Assembly: GCA_000004985.1 (NCBI GenBank)
Contig: GG738876.1
Strand: one strand, 5' to 3'
DNA from: Naegleria gruberi
Lineage: Eukaryota
DNA length: 64,000 bases
In this document: positions 54,775 through 64,000 of the stretch, in pieces
Numbering within the stretch: the first letter of the stretch is position 1
Layout: each line of letters opens with the position of its first letter
Translations under genes and position numbers: made by a program
Notes under the pieces: model-generated
Told to the model about the DNA's origin: nothing
The model's input: the letters and a program-made list of their open reading frames with translations, nothing else
The model's database searches: none

Positions 54775-57378
54775 ATGTCGCTCAACTTGGATACCTCCCA
54801 ATTATCGGAGCTAGAAAGTTATCAACCTCCTCACTCACCAATGAGGAAGAAGCAACAAATTCTTGAGAAGAGTAAAAAGGGACATGAACGATGTGTTGAT
54901 CGTTTACAGCGTAAAATAATTTGTGATAAAATTGCCAATGAGGAAGCTAAAAAACAAGAACTACAAGAAAAGGCAAGGAAATTAAAAGAATGGAATAATT
55001 TAATGGAGACAGTCAAGTCCTATCAAATTCCTCTAATTGCCTCAATATCTACAAGTGCCGATGATGACACTCCATTTCCATTGTCACCAACAAAAAAAGT
55101 ATTGGCCAATGACAGTCTTCTATCTGCCCTTGAAAAGGAGGCTTATCAAAACGCTAGAGACGATAAAAAGGCTGAACTCGCAAAATTAGCAAATTTAGAG
55201 TAAGTTATTAATACCACTACCTGTCAGTTCATATTCTTGATTTATTTAATCGTCCTTATATTGATATTTATAGAGCCAAGGAGAGATGCACAACAAGAAA
55301 GAGATGGTATGAAGGAAAGACATCTTTCGAAAGCTTTAACAAATTGCTAAAATTCCAAAATGAAAGACGAAATGCTTACAATGAAGGACGATTTAAGATA
55401 ATGACATTGGATGAGGAATTCGATGAATTTGAGGACAATTTAGCAAAAAGCCAGCACCAAGTGGGTTTGAATCAATCAATTATTTCAGAAAAGACATCAA
55501 CAGGAACTGTTGTGGAAGATATTCAACCTCAAAAACAACCTTTAACACCTTTGGAAATTTCATCAGGAAGTATCGGAAATGTTAGAGGTGTTATCACACC
55601 AAAAGTATCATGTAAGTAATGGTTGATTTTCATTTTGTAACATTTCGGAAGTGGTTAAAAAGAGACTTGATTTTGTTGTTCAATATTTGGATAAGGAGGA
55701 GTTAGTAAGCACCCAAGAAATAAGGAAGATGGTTTATTTGATTTGTAGAAATGTGATAGAGAATCAAGAAGATTTACACAGAAAGAGAGTTAGGGTGTAC
55801 ATTTCCAAGGAGATGGATCAAATTGTTAAAAGAGTAATTTTTGCATGCAATACTAGACAAGCAATTCAAGGCTTCGTTCGCAATATTTGTGATGCAGTAA
55901 TTAGAAATCAAAATGAAATTGAAAGAAAAAAGAGGAATGCTAAGTTTATTTCCCAAGAGGTGGATCAAATTTTGAAGAGCATAATCCATTACAATGAGAC
56001 AAGACAAGAAATTGAGAGAGTGGTTTCTCTCACACTTAAAAATGTTATTGCAACACAAATTGATAAGCAAAATAGGGAATATGTTTCAAGGCAAGTTCAA
56101 TCAATTTTGGACAGAGTCATCCTTCACCAAACAACAAAGCAACAAATTGAAAAAACAGCTTTTGAAATTTGTCAAAACGTTCTTCACACCCAAGAAACAA
56201 GACAATATATTGAAAGAGTAGTCAGCAATGTATTTGAAAATGTTGTTAATCATCAAAATACTCTGTGCATCAAGAATGAAGTTGACCAAATATTTTCAAA
56301 TGTAATTCATACTCAAGAAACTAAACAAAATATTGAAAAGACAGTAGAAGAGATTTTGATGAAAGTAGTTGTCACTCAGGGAACAATACTGGAAGAAAAG
56401 AAGATACGATTGTTTATTGAAAAGGAAGTGACTCAAATTCTTAAAACCGTAGTTCAAACTCAAACAATCAACTCATTAGTCTCCAATATTATCTATAATG
56501 TAATAAGAACTCAAGAAGACAAACAAGATATTGAAATAGTGACCAGAGACATTATTTTCAATGTTATTAATCACCAAAATACCAAATTACAACAAGAAAG
56601 AAACCAAGCTGAAATATCAAAGGTGGTAGAGTCAATTGTATCCAATGTCATTCAATTCCAAGAGACAAAGAAATCCATTGAAACTTACGTCTCTCAAATT
56701 ATTGAAAATGTTATTTACTCTCAAAGCAACAAGCTCGAAGTTCAAAAAGTTGTTTGTGACATTATTCAAAATGTAATTTCACACCAAGTCAAAAAGAAAG
56801 ATTGCTTACTTATTTCTGCAGAAGTCAATTCTATAATTCAAAGAGTTATAGATTTCCAATTGTTTAAAAAAGAGGAAAATGTTGATTCTCCATTGAATTC
56901 AGAAAAGACAAGTGAAGGTGAAGCAGAAGTAGAAACAAGAGTTATTATTGAGCAAGAAGTTGAAAGAATTTTCAAGAATGTAATCTCCAACTGGGAGTAC
57001 CATAACAAGATTGCTAAAGATGAAAGCAACAAATTAATAATTCAGAAAGAAGTTGAAGAAATTGTAAAGATTGTAATTTCAAAATGGCAAACTGAAAGTA
57101 TGGAAATCAAACAGAAAACAATCGAGACCGAAGAAATTCAACAAGAATCTCAAGTTATTATCAAGCAATTTGTTGAGGAAGCGCTTGGAAATGTTGTGAA
57201 CCTCCAAAACTCTCTTTTTATCAAAAATGAAGTAGAGTCTATAATTTTAAGAGTTATTGGAAATTGGAAAGATGAAATCTTGTCAAATGACCAAAGTATC
57301 AAAACTTGCACTGTTGAACAAGTAATTTCTCAAGAAGTTCAAAAAATCATTCAAAATGTCATTTCAAGAAACCAATAA
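54775..57378 (+). CDS. Hypothetical coiled-coil/helical-repeat protein in three exons: 54775..55199, 55274..55611, 55652..57378. The C-terminal 575 aa is built from degenerate ~35-40-aa repeats.
   Basis: Intron 1 is 55200..55273 (GTAAGT..TTATAG, phase 2). Intron 2 is 55612..55651 (GTAAGT..GGAAG, 40 nt, phase 1). Both join the three track ORFs in frame. Exon 3 repeats the pattern 'V.Q(I/V)..V(I/V).HQ.TKQ.IE..V..I..NV(I/V)'. 829 aa. Confidence 0.5.
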
Positions 57379-57434
57379 TAAATGTATTTACAATTTTATA
57401 AGAGATTATCCTTGGCATTCCAAAAGGTTACAAT
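57377..57434. repeat. Dispersed repeat copy A (58 nt), in the 3'UTR of the 54775 gene. Its partner is at 60177..60234.
   Basis: 'aataaatgtatttacaattttataagagattatccttggcattccaaaaggttacaa' versus 60177..60234 'aataaatttatttacaattttataagatattatccttggcattccaaaaggttacaa' (56/58 identical). Confidence 0.6.
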
Positions 57435-57534
57435 TCCAATAAACTGTGTTTGCATTGGACTTTTAAATTTTTAAACCACTAAGTACAACAAATATTGTAA
57501 TTTATTCTTCTTCATAAAAGTTTTTGATTAAAAA

Positions 57535-59862
57535 ATGAATCCACTAGAAAGTGAATTACTCTCCAAAGCGATTGAATGCCTTCGGAGCAAGGTAATCACG
57601 TTAAACAATGAGGAATTTATCAAATGTTTAGAGAATACAGCTGAAGTTGTTGCTGATTATCAAATATTTGCAAAGACGAAACAAGAGTTAAATAATTTTG
57701 ATATTATATTTTCTATCAAGGACGATGATGATACTATTTGGAAAAAATTAATTAAATTCATGATGGCTTTTCATTTGACTTTAACTGTGAATAATATTGA
57801 TAACTTTTTGGAAGTGGAAGAAGCATTAAAAATTGTTGAAAAGTATTTGAAAATTCAAGATATGGATATGGTTTCTAATGAGATGATTTGTGTAGCTAAC
57901 TTGCTGATGTGGGTATTAGGGGATTTGAAAGACAAATCTTTGCAAGTTTCTAAGGGTGGATACTGTGAAAAATTCATTCAATTAGTGTTGGACTATTTCA
58001 AATATATTCACCACCAAATGAGAAAATCCAACCAAAATAATCAAGAATGGAAGCCAAGAGAAGATATTATAGAGTTATTCGCAGGAATTTATGAAAATTT
58101 ACCATTCAATCAATGGTATTGGCATGAATGGGATCATACAAAAGAATTAGGATTTGAATTTTTGGAACTTGTATATGAACTTGGAGAATATCCTCTATTT
58201 TCTGATAGTGACAATAGAATGCATCACTTATGCACATTTCTTGGCGAGGAAGCCATTAAAAAATTGGAATTATTAACTAATCGAGATGTAAAACAGATTG
58301 AGAATTTGAAACCAACAGATATTGTTCCTTTGGGAGAGATTTCACAGGGAACACCTGTTTGGAAGATTATCTTGAAAATAGCAAATGCAGTATTTGTTAT
58401 CTCATCAAAGCCACTCTTATCACCATCTATTCTTTTTGGATCCCAATATATCCAGTTATTTTTTGATACATTGAAAGTTTGTCCAGCTGAAATTGAGGAA
58501 ACTAAACTGGCGATTCATTTAATTGATGCATTAATCAGAATTTCAACAGTTATTACTCCAAGCCGTATGGACGATGAAGTGGAAGAGGAACATTTTACGA
58601 GATTGGAAGAGTCAAAAATTATTGCAACATTTATTGATTTCTATCATCTTGCACAAATCTCTTTGAAGGAACCAATTGTTAAAGCCATAACTATTTTAGT
58701 GCGTAAAATGCGTTCAATACGTGCCGATAATTTGGAGAAAACCTTAAATATATGTATTAACGAAGAAAAGATAACAAAAATGGATGAGCTACTTCTAGTC
58801 TGCTTTTCCATGTACGACTCTGATATAGCGAATCGGACAATACTGTCTAAACATATACACAAAATGATAGATAAGATTTTTGAATTTACTGTGACAGATA
58901 GAAATTTTTTTTACCAGTTTACCAAGTTTGATTTATTCAGAAATGCTGTAGATGACCCCTTATATGATCCATTCTTTAATCTGGACACAGAACGAATTAT
59001 TTCACAAATGAAAGGCACATTCAAAGATATGAGATCACTTGATAATTCACAATATTTGACAATCATGCGATGGTATAGTGGATTGATAGTAGCACTAAAA
59101 GTTGATCCCAAACACTTTGTTCAGGAGGTTTATGATGAATATTTCTACCTTGTGGAAAATCTACCGAAATATCTAATGTACCAAACTATACCGACTGAAA
59201 TATTCAGAGTAGTGCTTGGGCTCTGTATGGGCAATAGAGAATTTACTGAAAAAGTTAGCCATATAATATTTGAATTATTCTTTGATACTAACAAGATCGG
59301 AAAGGAGGAAATAGTACCCCTTATTGAATATTTACTAGTTAATGAGATTCTAACAAAACCAAATACACCAATTATCAAAAAAATCGAACAGAGAATTCCA
59401 CTTTTTATTAAGGAAATACGAGAAGGCAAAATATCATATTTAGTATTGCTCTGTATTGTTTATCCATACTTTCCAAACAAGATTTTTGACCTATTTAATG
59501 ATGTTTTTTTCTTACAGGCTATGATTTCATTCATTGACGAGTTTATAGATGATGAAGGAAAGATGAGCGTATTAAGAATTATCACAACCTCATTATTCCA
59601 AATTATGGAAGAATTGCTTGACCAAGAGAAGTATAAAGTCAGTGTGTTTAGTCCACCCGAAATGTTATACTCAATTGAGGAGTTCCTCACTCAGAGTGGT
59701 AATATAATAATTGACTGTCATAACAACCGAGTACGTCAGAAGTTAGAAATAGCAAAAGTGGAGCTTGTTGGCATGTATTCTGTCAACAGTGAAGAAGATG
59801 AAGAAGATGAAGAATATGACTATGATGACGAAGACGATGAAGAAGGTGAAGAAGATGATTAG
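57535..59862 (+). CDS. Hypothetical large alpha-helical protein with an acidic C-terminal tail.
   Basis: ATG in an A-run, continuous 775 aa. It ends 'EEDEEDEEYDYDDEDDEEGEEDD'. No catalytic motif is recognised. Confidence 0.45.
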   Translation: MNPLESELLSKAIECLRSKVITLNNEEFIKCLENTAEVVADYQIFAKTKQELNNFDIIFSIKDDDDTIWKKLIKFMMAFHLTLTVNNIDNFLEVEEALKIVEKYLKIQDMDMVSNEMICVANLLMWVLGDLKDKSLQVSKGGYCEKFIQLVLDYFKYIHHQMRKSNQNNQEWKPREDIIELFAGIYENLPFNQWYWHEWDHTKELGFEFLELVYELGEYPLFSDSDNRMHHLCTFLGEEAIKKLELLTNRDVKQIENLKPTDIVPLGEISQGTPVWKIILKIANAVFVISSKPLLSPSILFGSQYIQLFFDTLKVCPAEIEETKLAIHLIDALIRISTVITPSRMDDEVEEEHFTRLEESKIIATFIDFYHLAQISLKEPIVKAITILVRKMRSIRADNLEKTLNICINEEKITKMDELLLVCFSMYDSDIANRTILSKHIHKMIDKIFEFTVTDRNFFYQFTKFDLFRNAVDDPLYDPFFNLDTERIISQMKGTFKDMRSLDNSQYLTIMRWYSGLIVALKVDPKHFVQEVYDEYFYLVENLPKYLMYQTIPTEIFRVVLGLCMGNREFTEKVSHIIFELFFDTNKIGKEEIVPLIEYLLVNEILTKPNTPIIKKIEQRIPLFIKEIREGKISYLVLLCIVYPYFPNKIFDLFNDVFFLQAMISFIDEFIDDEGKMSVLRIITTSLFQIMEELLDQEKYKVSVFSPPEMLYSIEEFLTQSGNIIIDCHNNRVRQKLEIAKVELVGMYSVNSEEDEEDEEYDYDDEDDEEGEEDD

Positions 59863-60119
59863 AAAGCCAATTTTGGCTAAAGTTTCCGTTTCAATTTCAA
59901 TTAAATTCAAAAGGTTTCAAACAGAACATTGTCTTCAATAGACTGATTCAATCGTTTACAATGTTTGCAAATGATTTCAAAAATTCAAACCGATCTTAGA
60001 AATATCGACATTCTTCTGTTCAATTGAAAAGGTAATTTTAACGACAGGTCAATAAATCTATCACTAGCATATGTTTTATTGAATATTAGTGATGTTCTTG
60101 ACTGAAAAACAATCAACCC

Positions 60120-60234
60120 AAGGGTTGAAAAGGAGCTTACCAAAACGATAAAAAGGCTGAACTCTTTTCATGAAATCAATAAATTTATTTACAATTTTAT
60201 AAGATATTATCCTTGGCATTCCAAAAGGTTACAA
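60120..60234 (+). pseudogene. Internally deleted pseudo-copy of the 54775..57434 gene. About 50 nt of the exon-1 end is fused to the last CDS codons plus 3'UTR. Its 3' part overlaps the end of the FHA-RING CDS on the opposite strand.
   Basis: 60123..60165 'ggttgaaaaggagcttaccaaaacgataaaaaggctgaactc' matches 55133..55179 'cttgaaaaggaggcttatcaaaacgctagagacgataaaaaggctgaactc' with 1-nt and 9-nt gaps. It is then directly joined to 'ttttcatgaaatcaataaatttatttacaattttataag...', which matches 57361..57434. Confidence 0.4.
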
Positions 60235-61942
60235 GATTCTGTCTTGTTTGATCAAAGTCAATGACTCTTCTCATTGTCTTGATTTCTTGCCCAACAATCA
60301 TGTAGGCAACTGGAAGTTCTAAATTCTCGCAGGCAATCAGTAATTGTTCATTATTGCAATTAATGACATAATTCTCTGTGATTCCCACTAATTTACAAAA
60401 TTCGTCTCTGCACTTTCCAAAATACTGCTTCACTCCAGTCTTGAAAGTTCTCTTCTCTTCCAATTTCCATCTGACTGTAATGTCCAAGAATTTAATCTTC
60501 TTAATCTTGGCATTTTCAACTAGAGTTGCAAGTTTTGCAAAGTTTTCATCATCTTTAATTTTGATTGCCTTGATCCTTTCTTCGTAGTCTTTGACATCTT
60601 CCTCTGGAGCACAATTTTCAACATAGATTTTCAGTAAAGTTTCAACGGCTCTGTTTGGAGCTGAAGATTGGCTCAACTTCTTTCTGCACAAAGGACAGGA
60701 CTTATTCTTGGCCAACCAATCATGCAGACATTTTCTGCAAAAGTTGTGCCCACATTCCAAGACAGTTGGTTCATACATTAAATTACAACAAATTGTGCAG
60801 CTGAATTCATTACAACAATCTTGAGCGAATTTGTTGAACTTTTCTTCCTTCAGCTTCTTTGAACCTGATTCAAAGTCAACTGATTCTTCTTTCTCTTCTC
60901 TCACCCTCTTGCCGGTTAATGGCTGTGGTTGGGTAGATTTTGGAGTGACTACAACTGGTGGCTCTGTAAACTCTTCATCAACCTTGAGATTAATTGCTGA
61001 TTTGGTTGGGTTCAAGTTTTTTGGAATGAATTGATTTTGGAGCATTTCAAATTTGTACATGAATGCATTCTTGACATTTCCAATCAGGGCACATTTCCAT
61101 TCTTGCTCAGTTGAGAAATCACTTCTTCTCTTTCCATTCTCAAGAATTATATAATCTCCAACCAAAGCTTTCACTCCTCCCGTAATAATTATCAAATCAC
61201 CATGTTTCAAATCAGTATCCTTGCCAATCTTTTTACCATTCAATAAAGTTCCATTGGTGCTTCCCAAATCTGAAATCAAAAAGGTGTAATCATTCATCTT
61301 GACAATATCTGCATGGTTTCTTGAAACAAATTTTGATAAAGTATTCGACACAATCTTGACATGGCTGTTCAAACCTCTTCCAATATTAATTTTGGTGTCA
61401 GAAAGGAGAAATTCAGGTGGAGCATCACTACATGCTTCACCAACAAGTCTCAATCTTCCCCAACAAGGACCCTTTGGTGCTATTGTTGATGATGCAGAAA
61501 TACAATTATTGGAAACTGAACTTGTCTTGCTCACAGTAGTGGATTGGTTTGCTTTCTGTTGCATATTTGCAAACTTTGGAGGTGGCATGCTTGTAAATGG
61601 AGATATCAATGTTGTAGAGGAACCATTCACACTCGTATTATACTGAAATCCCTGATTGAACATATTCATAATCATTGGTGGTGGTGGGGGAGGAAGAGAA
61701 TTCCTCATCAAATTGCCAGATATGTTTTTATTACCTTGCTGCATGTTAGTAGTACTACTTGTAGGAGTAGTGGAAATGATCAAGTTTGGAGTGGTAAATT
61801 CTTCCATGCTATTCATTTCCTCAAATAATCCCTTTGGAATGGTTGAGGAGGATGAGGAGGCTGGCGAGCAATTGGAATTTCTGTTCATCATTAGAGAATT
61901 AACGGTTGTGGTGCTTGAAGTGGTGGTAGTGGTGGTGGACAT
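60197..61942 (-). CDS. FHA-domain plus RING-finger E3 ubiquitin ligase (Dma1/CHFR-like checkpoint ligase).
   Basis: ATG at 61942. The N-terminus is poly-T/S low-complexity. The FHA domain reads 'GRLRLVGEACSDAPPEFLLSDTKINIGRGLNSHVKI...SRNHADIV...LGSTNGTLLNGKKI'. The RING C3HC4 reads 'CTICCNLMYEPTVLECGHNFCRKCLHDWLAKNKSCPLCR'. The last 12 codons 'VTFWNAKDNIL*' lie inside dispersed repeat copy B. Confidence 0.8.
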   Translation of the reverse strand: MSTTTTTTSSTTTVNSLMMNRNSNCSPASSSSSTIPKGLFEEMNSMEEFTTPNLIISTTPTSSTTNMQQGNKNISGNLMRNSLPPPPPPMIMNMFNQGFQYNTSVNGSSTTLISPFTSMPPPKFANMQQKANQSTTVSKTSSVSNNCISASSTIAPKGPCWGRLRLVGEACSDAPPEFLLSDTKINIGRGLNSHVKIVSNTLSKFVSRNHADIVKMNDYTFLISDLGSTNGTLLNGKKIGKDTDLKHGDLIIITGGVKALVGDYIILENGKRRSDFSTEQEWKCALIGNVKNAFMYKFEMLQNQFIPKNLNPTKSAINLKVDEEFTEPPVVVTPKSTQPQPLTGKRVREEKEESVDFESGSKKLKEEKFNKFAQDCCNEFSCTICCNLMYEPTVLECGHNFCRKCLHDWLAKNKSCPLCRKKLSQSSAPNRAVETLLKIYVENCAPEEDVKDYEERIKAIKIKDDENFAKLATLVENAKIKKIKFLDITVRWKLEEKRTFKTGVKQYFGKCRDEFCKLVGITENYVINCNNEQLLIACENLELPVAYMIVGQEIKTMRRVIDFDQTRQNLVTFWNAKDNIL

Positions 61943-62663
61943 GATTTTTTTGTGATGTTTTTTTGAGGAGAGTGGAAAGCCTTGTTTTTAAATGTTATTT
62001 TCCAACACAAGAAAGTTTGATTCGTTTAACCGTCCCATTTTTATGGTAAATATAGATTTTTGACGGTCACTTGCAGGGTGGGAACAAGAATTTTTGCTTG
62101 CTCAAAATTACGAACTTGTCAACAAAATATTTTACAATTCTTCTTTGGTTGATGATTATTGGATGAGAACGAATGTTTTGGAATTGGATTGTACTTCAAC
62201 CAATCAGCAAACATTGGAATTGTAAAATAGATTGCCAAATTAGTTTGTCTAATACCAATAAAGACTTTATGTTTCATCCAATCATCTTTAAGGGGTTTGA
62301 AAGAAATCACAAACACTTTCGATGAGCAGCAAATGATCCAAATTCTTTAAATATTCACTTTTTGGAATCCAATGAGGACTGAAAGATGTCATTGACTCAA
62401 AATCGATTCTCCAATCCTTGCAGAAAAGCTTCTTCTTGGTGAAGCATGCAGTCAATCCATGAAATTATTCACCGATCAATAGATTAATGTGAACTTGAAA
62501 TCAGAAAGCAGATGTAGTACAACATATCATTTCATAACCTATCAAAATCAAAAGCAATCTCACTATCCTCTTAAATACTTCCTCTTCTCCAATTTACTGA
62601 CCTTTCAATACACTGTCCTTAACCAAAGCGAATGTCAAGTACATATTTAGTTATTGATTATAA

Positions 62664-62737
62664 GCGCCGTTAGATCAGTTGGTTAGATCGTCAGCTTTAC
62701 ACGCTGAAGGTCAAGGGTTCGACTCCCTTACGGCGTA
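62664..62737 (+). tRNA. tRNA-Val, anticodon UAC (second copy, identical to 21880..21953, opposite orientation).
   Basis: The 74-nt sequence is identical and has the same cloverleaf. It is followed by TTTTTT at 62740..62745. Confidence 0.9.
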
Positions 62738-62739
62738 AC

Positions 62740-62745
62740 TTTTTT
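62740..62745 (+). terminator. Oligo-T RNA polymerase III terminator (T6) 3' of tRNA-Val.
   Basis: '...ACGGCGTA AC TTTTTT ACTGG'. Confidence 0.5.
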
Positions 62746-63190
62746 ACTGGTTTAAATCTATCCAAGTAATATCATTATTATTTTATGGTCCTTTTCCATG
62801 TATTCTTTTTTAATGTCAACCTATGAACATCTAGTAATTAAAAATCGGATTTCAACAATTAATTTATTGGTTGGCGATTTTGTTGAACCTAATTTTTTTT
62901 TAACCGTGCACCAACAAGAGCCAAAACCAGAGATTCATATCAGAAAACAAATAAATTCAAATTTTCACTCCAAACTAAACTTGCACTGAAACACAACTAT
63001 CATCCACTCTGTGTCACTCTCACGTGTACCCAAACATACAGTTCAAAGAAAATGATTTTTTATAGCTGTCTTTTTGTAAAACGCATTCATTTTCGTTTTG
63101 AAAAAAATATTTTCTCACGCTATCCTCTCGGTTTTTCACAACAAGCCTCTTTAAAAAACCAAAAAGTTTTTCAACAGCAACAACAACAAC

Positions 63191-64000
63191 ATGGCTCATT
63201 TAGAAAAGGCTGTCGTCATCGAAGATGATGTAAATCACGAACAACAACAAACCGAAGAAGAATTCGACTCTGCTGACTGGGCTGTTAGTACCAAGAAACA
63301 AAGAGGAGGTAGAAAACAAAAAGGTGTAGCACCAACATCAGTTCAAAATACAGTTTTTGGTTCTTCTATGACTAAGAAGAAACCAACAACCACTACCACT
63401 ACCTCTACTACTTCATCATTTAGCGGAAATTTGAAGAAGAAGACACCAACCGATAAGAAATCAACATTCTCTACCGATAAAACCATTCATCCACCTCACT
63501 ACACACACGAAAGAAGCGTTGAAATACCAGCTAGAGTTGATCCACGTTTCCTTGTCGGAGAAAAGGGTTCTTTCTCTAATGAGGTCAAAAAACAAACTGG
63601 TATTACTTGGTATAGCGTCAAGAATATGAAAGTTGTCATTGGTGGTGCTTCCGAGGAAAGTGTTGCCAAGGCTGAAGAATTAGTTATTGGTAGATTGAAC
63701 ACTTTCTCCATGACTCACTTCTCTGAAACTTTCAGTACTTTGGTCATTCCAGAACTTAAAGAACAATTAGATTCTGAAGATTCTGAAATTGAAAATATTG
63801 GTACTGAATATGATATTGTCTTGAAGCCATTCACTTCATTGGCTGTTTACTCAAGTCAACCAAACCACACTTTCAAGAGAATGGTTTTGAAGAAGGAAGG
63901 TGATGCCGAAGAAGTTACTGAGGATAAACAAAGCACTGCCACTGATCTCCAAGCATCCGTCATGAATGATGCTCATGATGTTGAAGCTAATGCCAGTGGT
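63191..64000 (+). CDS. Hypothetical protein with a KH-like RNA-binding domain. It is 3'-partial and runs off the right edge.
   Basis: The ATG at 63191 (MAHLEKAVVIEDD...) follows a CAA-repeat leader. The frame stays open to position 64000. 'VEIPARVDPRFLVGEKGSFSNEVKKQTGITWYSVKNMKVVIGGASEESVAKAEELV' fits the KH pattern (I.IP...vG.iIGkgG..I..i...tG..I.i). It is absent from the ORF track because no stop falls inside the window. Confidence 0.5.
   Translation, partial: MAHLEKAVVIEDDVNHEQQQTEEEFDSADWAVSTKKQRGGRKQKGVAPTSVQNTVFGSSMTKKKPTTTTTTSTTSSFSGNLKKKTPTDKKSTFSTDKTIHPPHYTHERSVEIPARVDPRFLVGEKGSFSNEVKKQTGITWYSVKNMKVVIGGASEESVAKAEELVIGRLNTFSMTHFSETFSTLVIPELKEQLDSEDSEIENIGTEYDIVLKPFTSLAVYSSQPNHTFKRMVLKKEGDAEEVTEDKQSTATDLQASVMNDAHDVEANASG

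Noticed and set aside
1-64000. Ciliate-type or other alternative genetic code, considered because of AT-richness and Q/N-rich proteins.
   Set aside because: Conserved genes (hsp70, CapZ beta, SBDS, RPA2, sti1) read through with no in-frame TAA/TAG/TGA and stop at the positions homology predicts. The code is standard.

Overview
The window reads as nuclear DNA from an AT-rich (~65-70% AT), compact eukaryotic genome, not a prokaryote. There are about 35 protein-coding genes in 64 kb, and many carry short spliceosomal introns (39-117 nt) with GTAAGT, GTATGT or GTAGGT donors and YAG acceptors. The first nucleotide after a donor or acceptor is numbered here as the start of an intron or exon. The standard genetic code applies, since conserved genes read through without in-frame TAA or TAG. 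Nearly every supported start codon sits in an A-run ('AAAAAAATG'). Several ORF-track 'M' starts are really TTG or GTG codons and were moved to the first real ATG. Several fungal hallmarks (a Zn2Cys6 binuclear-cluster factor, a Rim15-type kinase, SSA-type Hsp70, Sti1, Fyv10/MAEA, Dma1/CHFR-like FHA-RING, PTR2) point to a fungus, but I cannot name the species. Genes I can recognise:
- Chaperones and co-chaperones: SSA-type cytosolic Hsp70 (carrying an apparent 1-nt frameshift) and Sti1/HOP.
- Signalling and regulation: a Zn2Cys6 factor, a Rim15/Greatwall-like AGC kinase, a divergent Ras-like GTPase, a GID-complex Fyv10/MAEA-like protein, and a Dma1/CHFR-like FHA-RING E3 ligase.
- Housekeeping: SBDS/Sdo1 (4 exons), Yippee, RPA2/Rfa2, F-actin capping protein beta, MTH1-type Nudix hydrolase, and AcpS-type phosphopantetheinyl transferase.
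- Membrane and transport: two TMBIM paralogues, a PTR2/POT peptide transporter (4 exons), a mitochondrial carrier, and an LMBD1-like protein.
- Other: a type-B carboxylesterase, NHL-repeat, F-box/LRR, RWD-RING and ankyrin-containing proteins, and several coiled-coil or low-complexity proteins.
- RNA genes: two identical tRNA-Val(UAC) genes in inverted orientation (21880-21953 minus; 62664-62737 plus), each followed by an oligo-T pol III terminator.
Features worth a second look:
- a secreted protein built from 12 near-identical 19/20-aa tandem repeats;
- a kinesin-like gene whose nucleotide-binding motifs have all decayed and which cannot be spliced into one frame;
- a BTB-domain gene fragment;
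- an internally deleted pseudo-copy of one gene, which also supplies the last 12 codons of the convergent FHA-RING gene;
- a pair of ~97-bp intergenic direct repeats;
- a palindrome upstream of hsp70.
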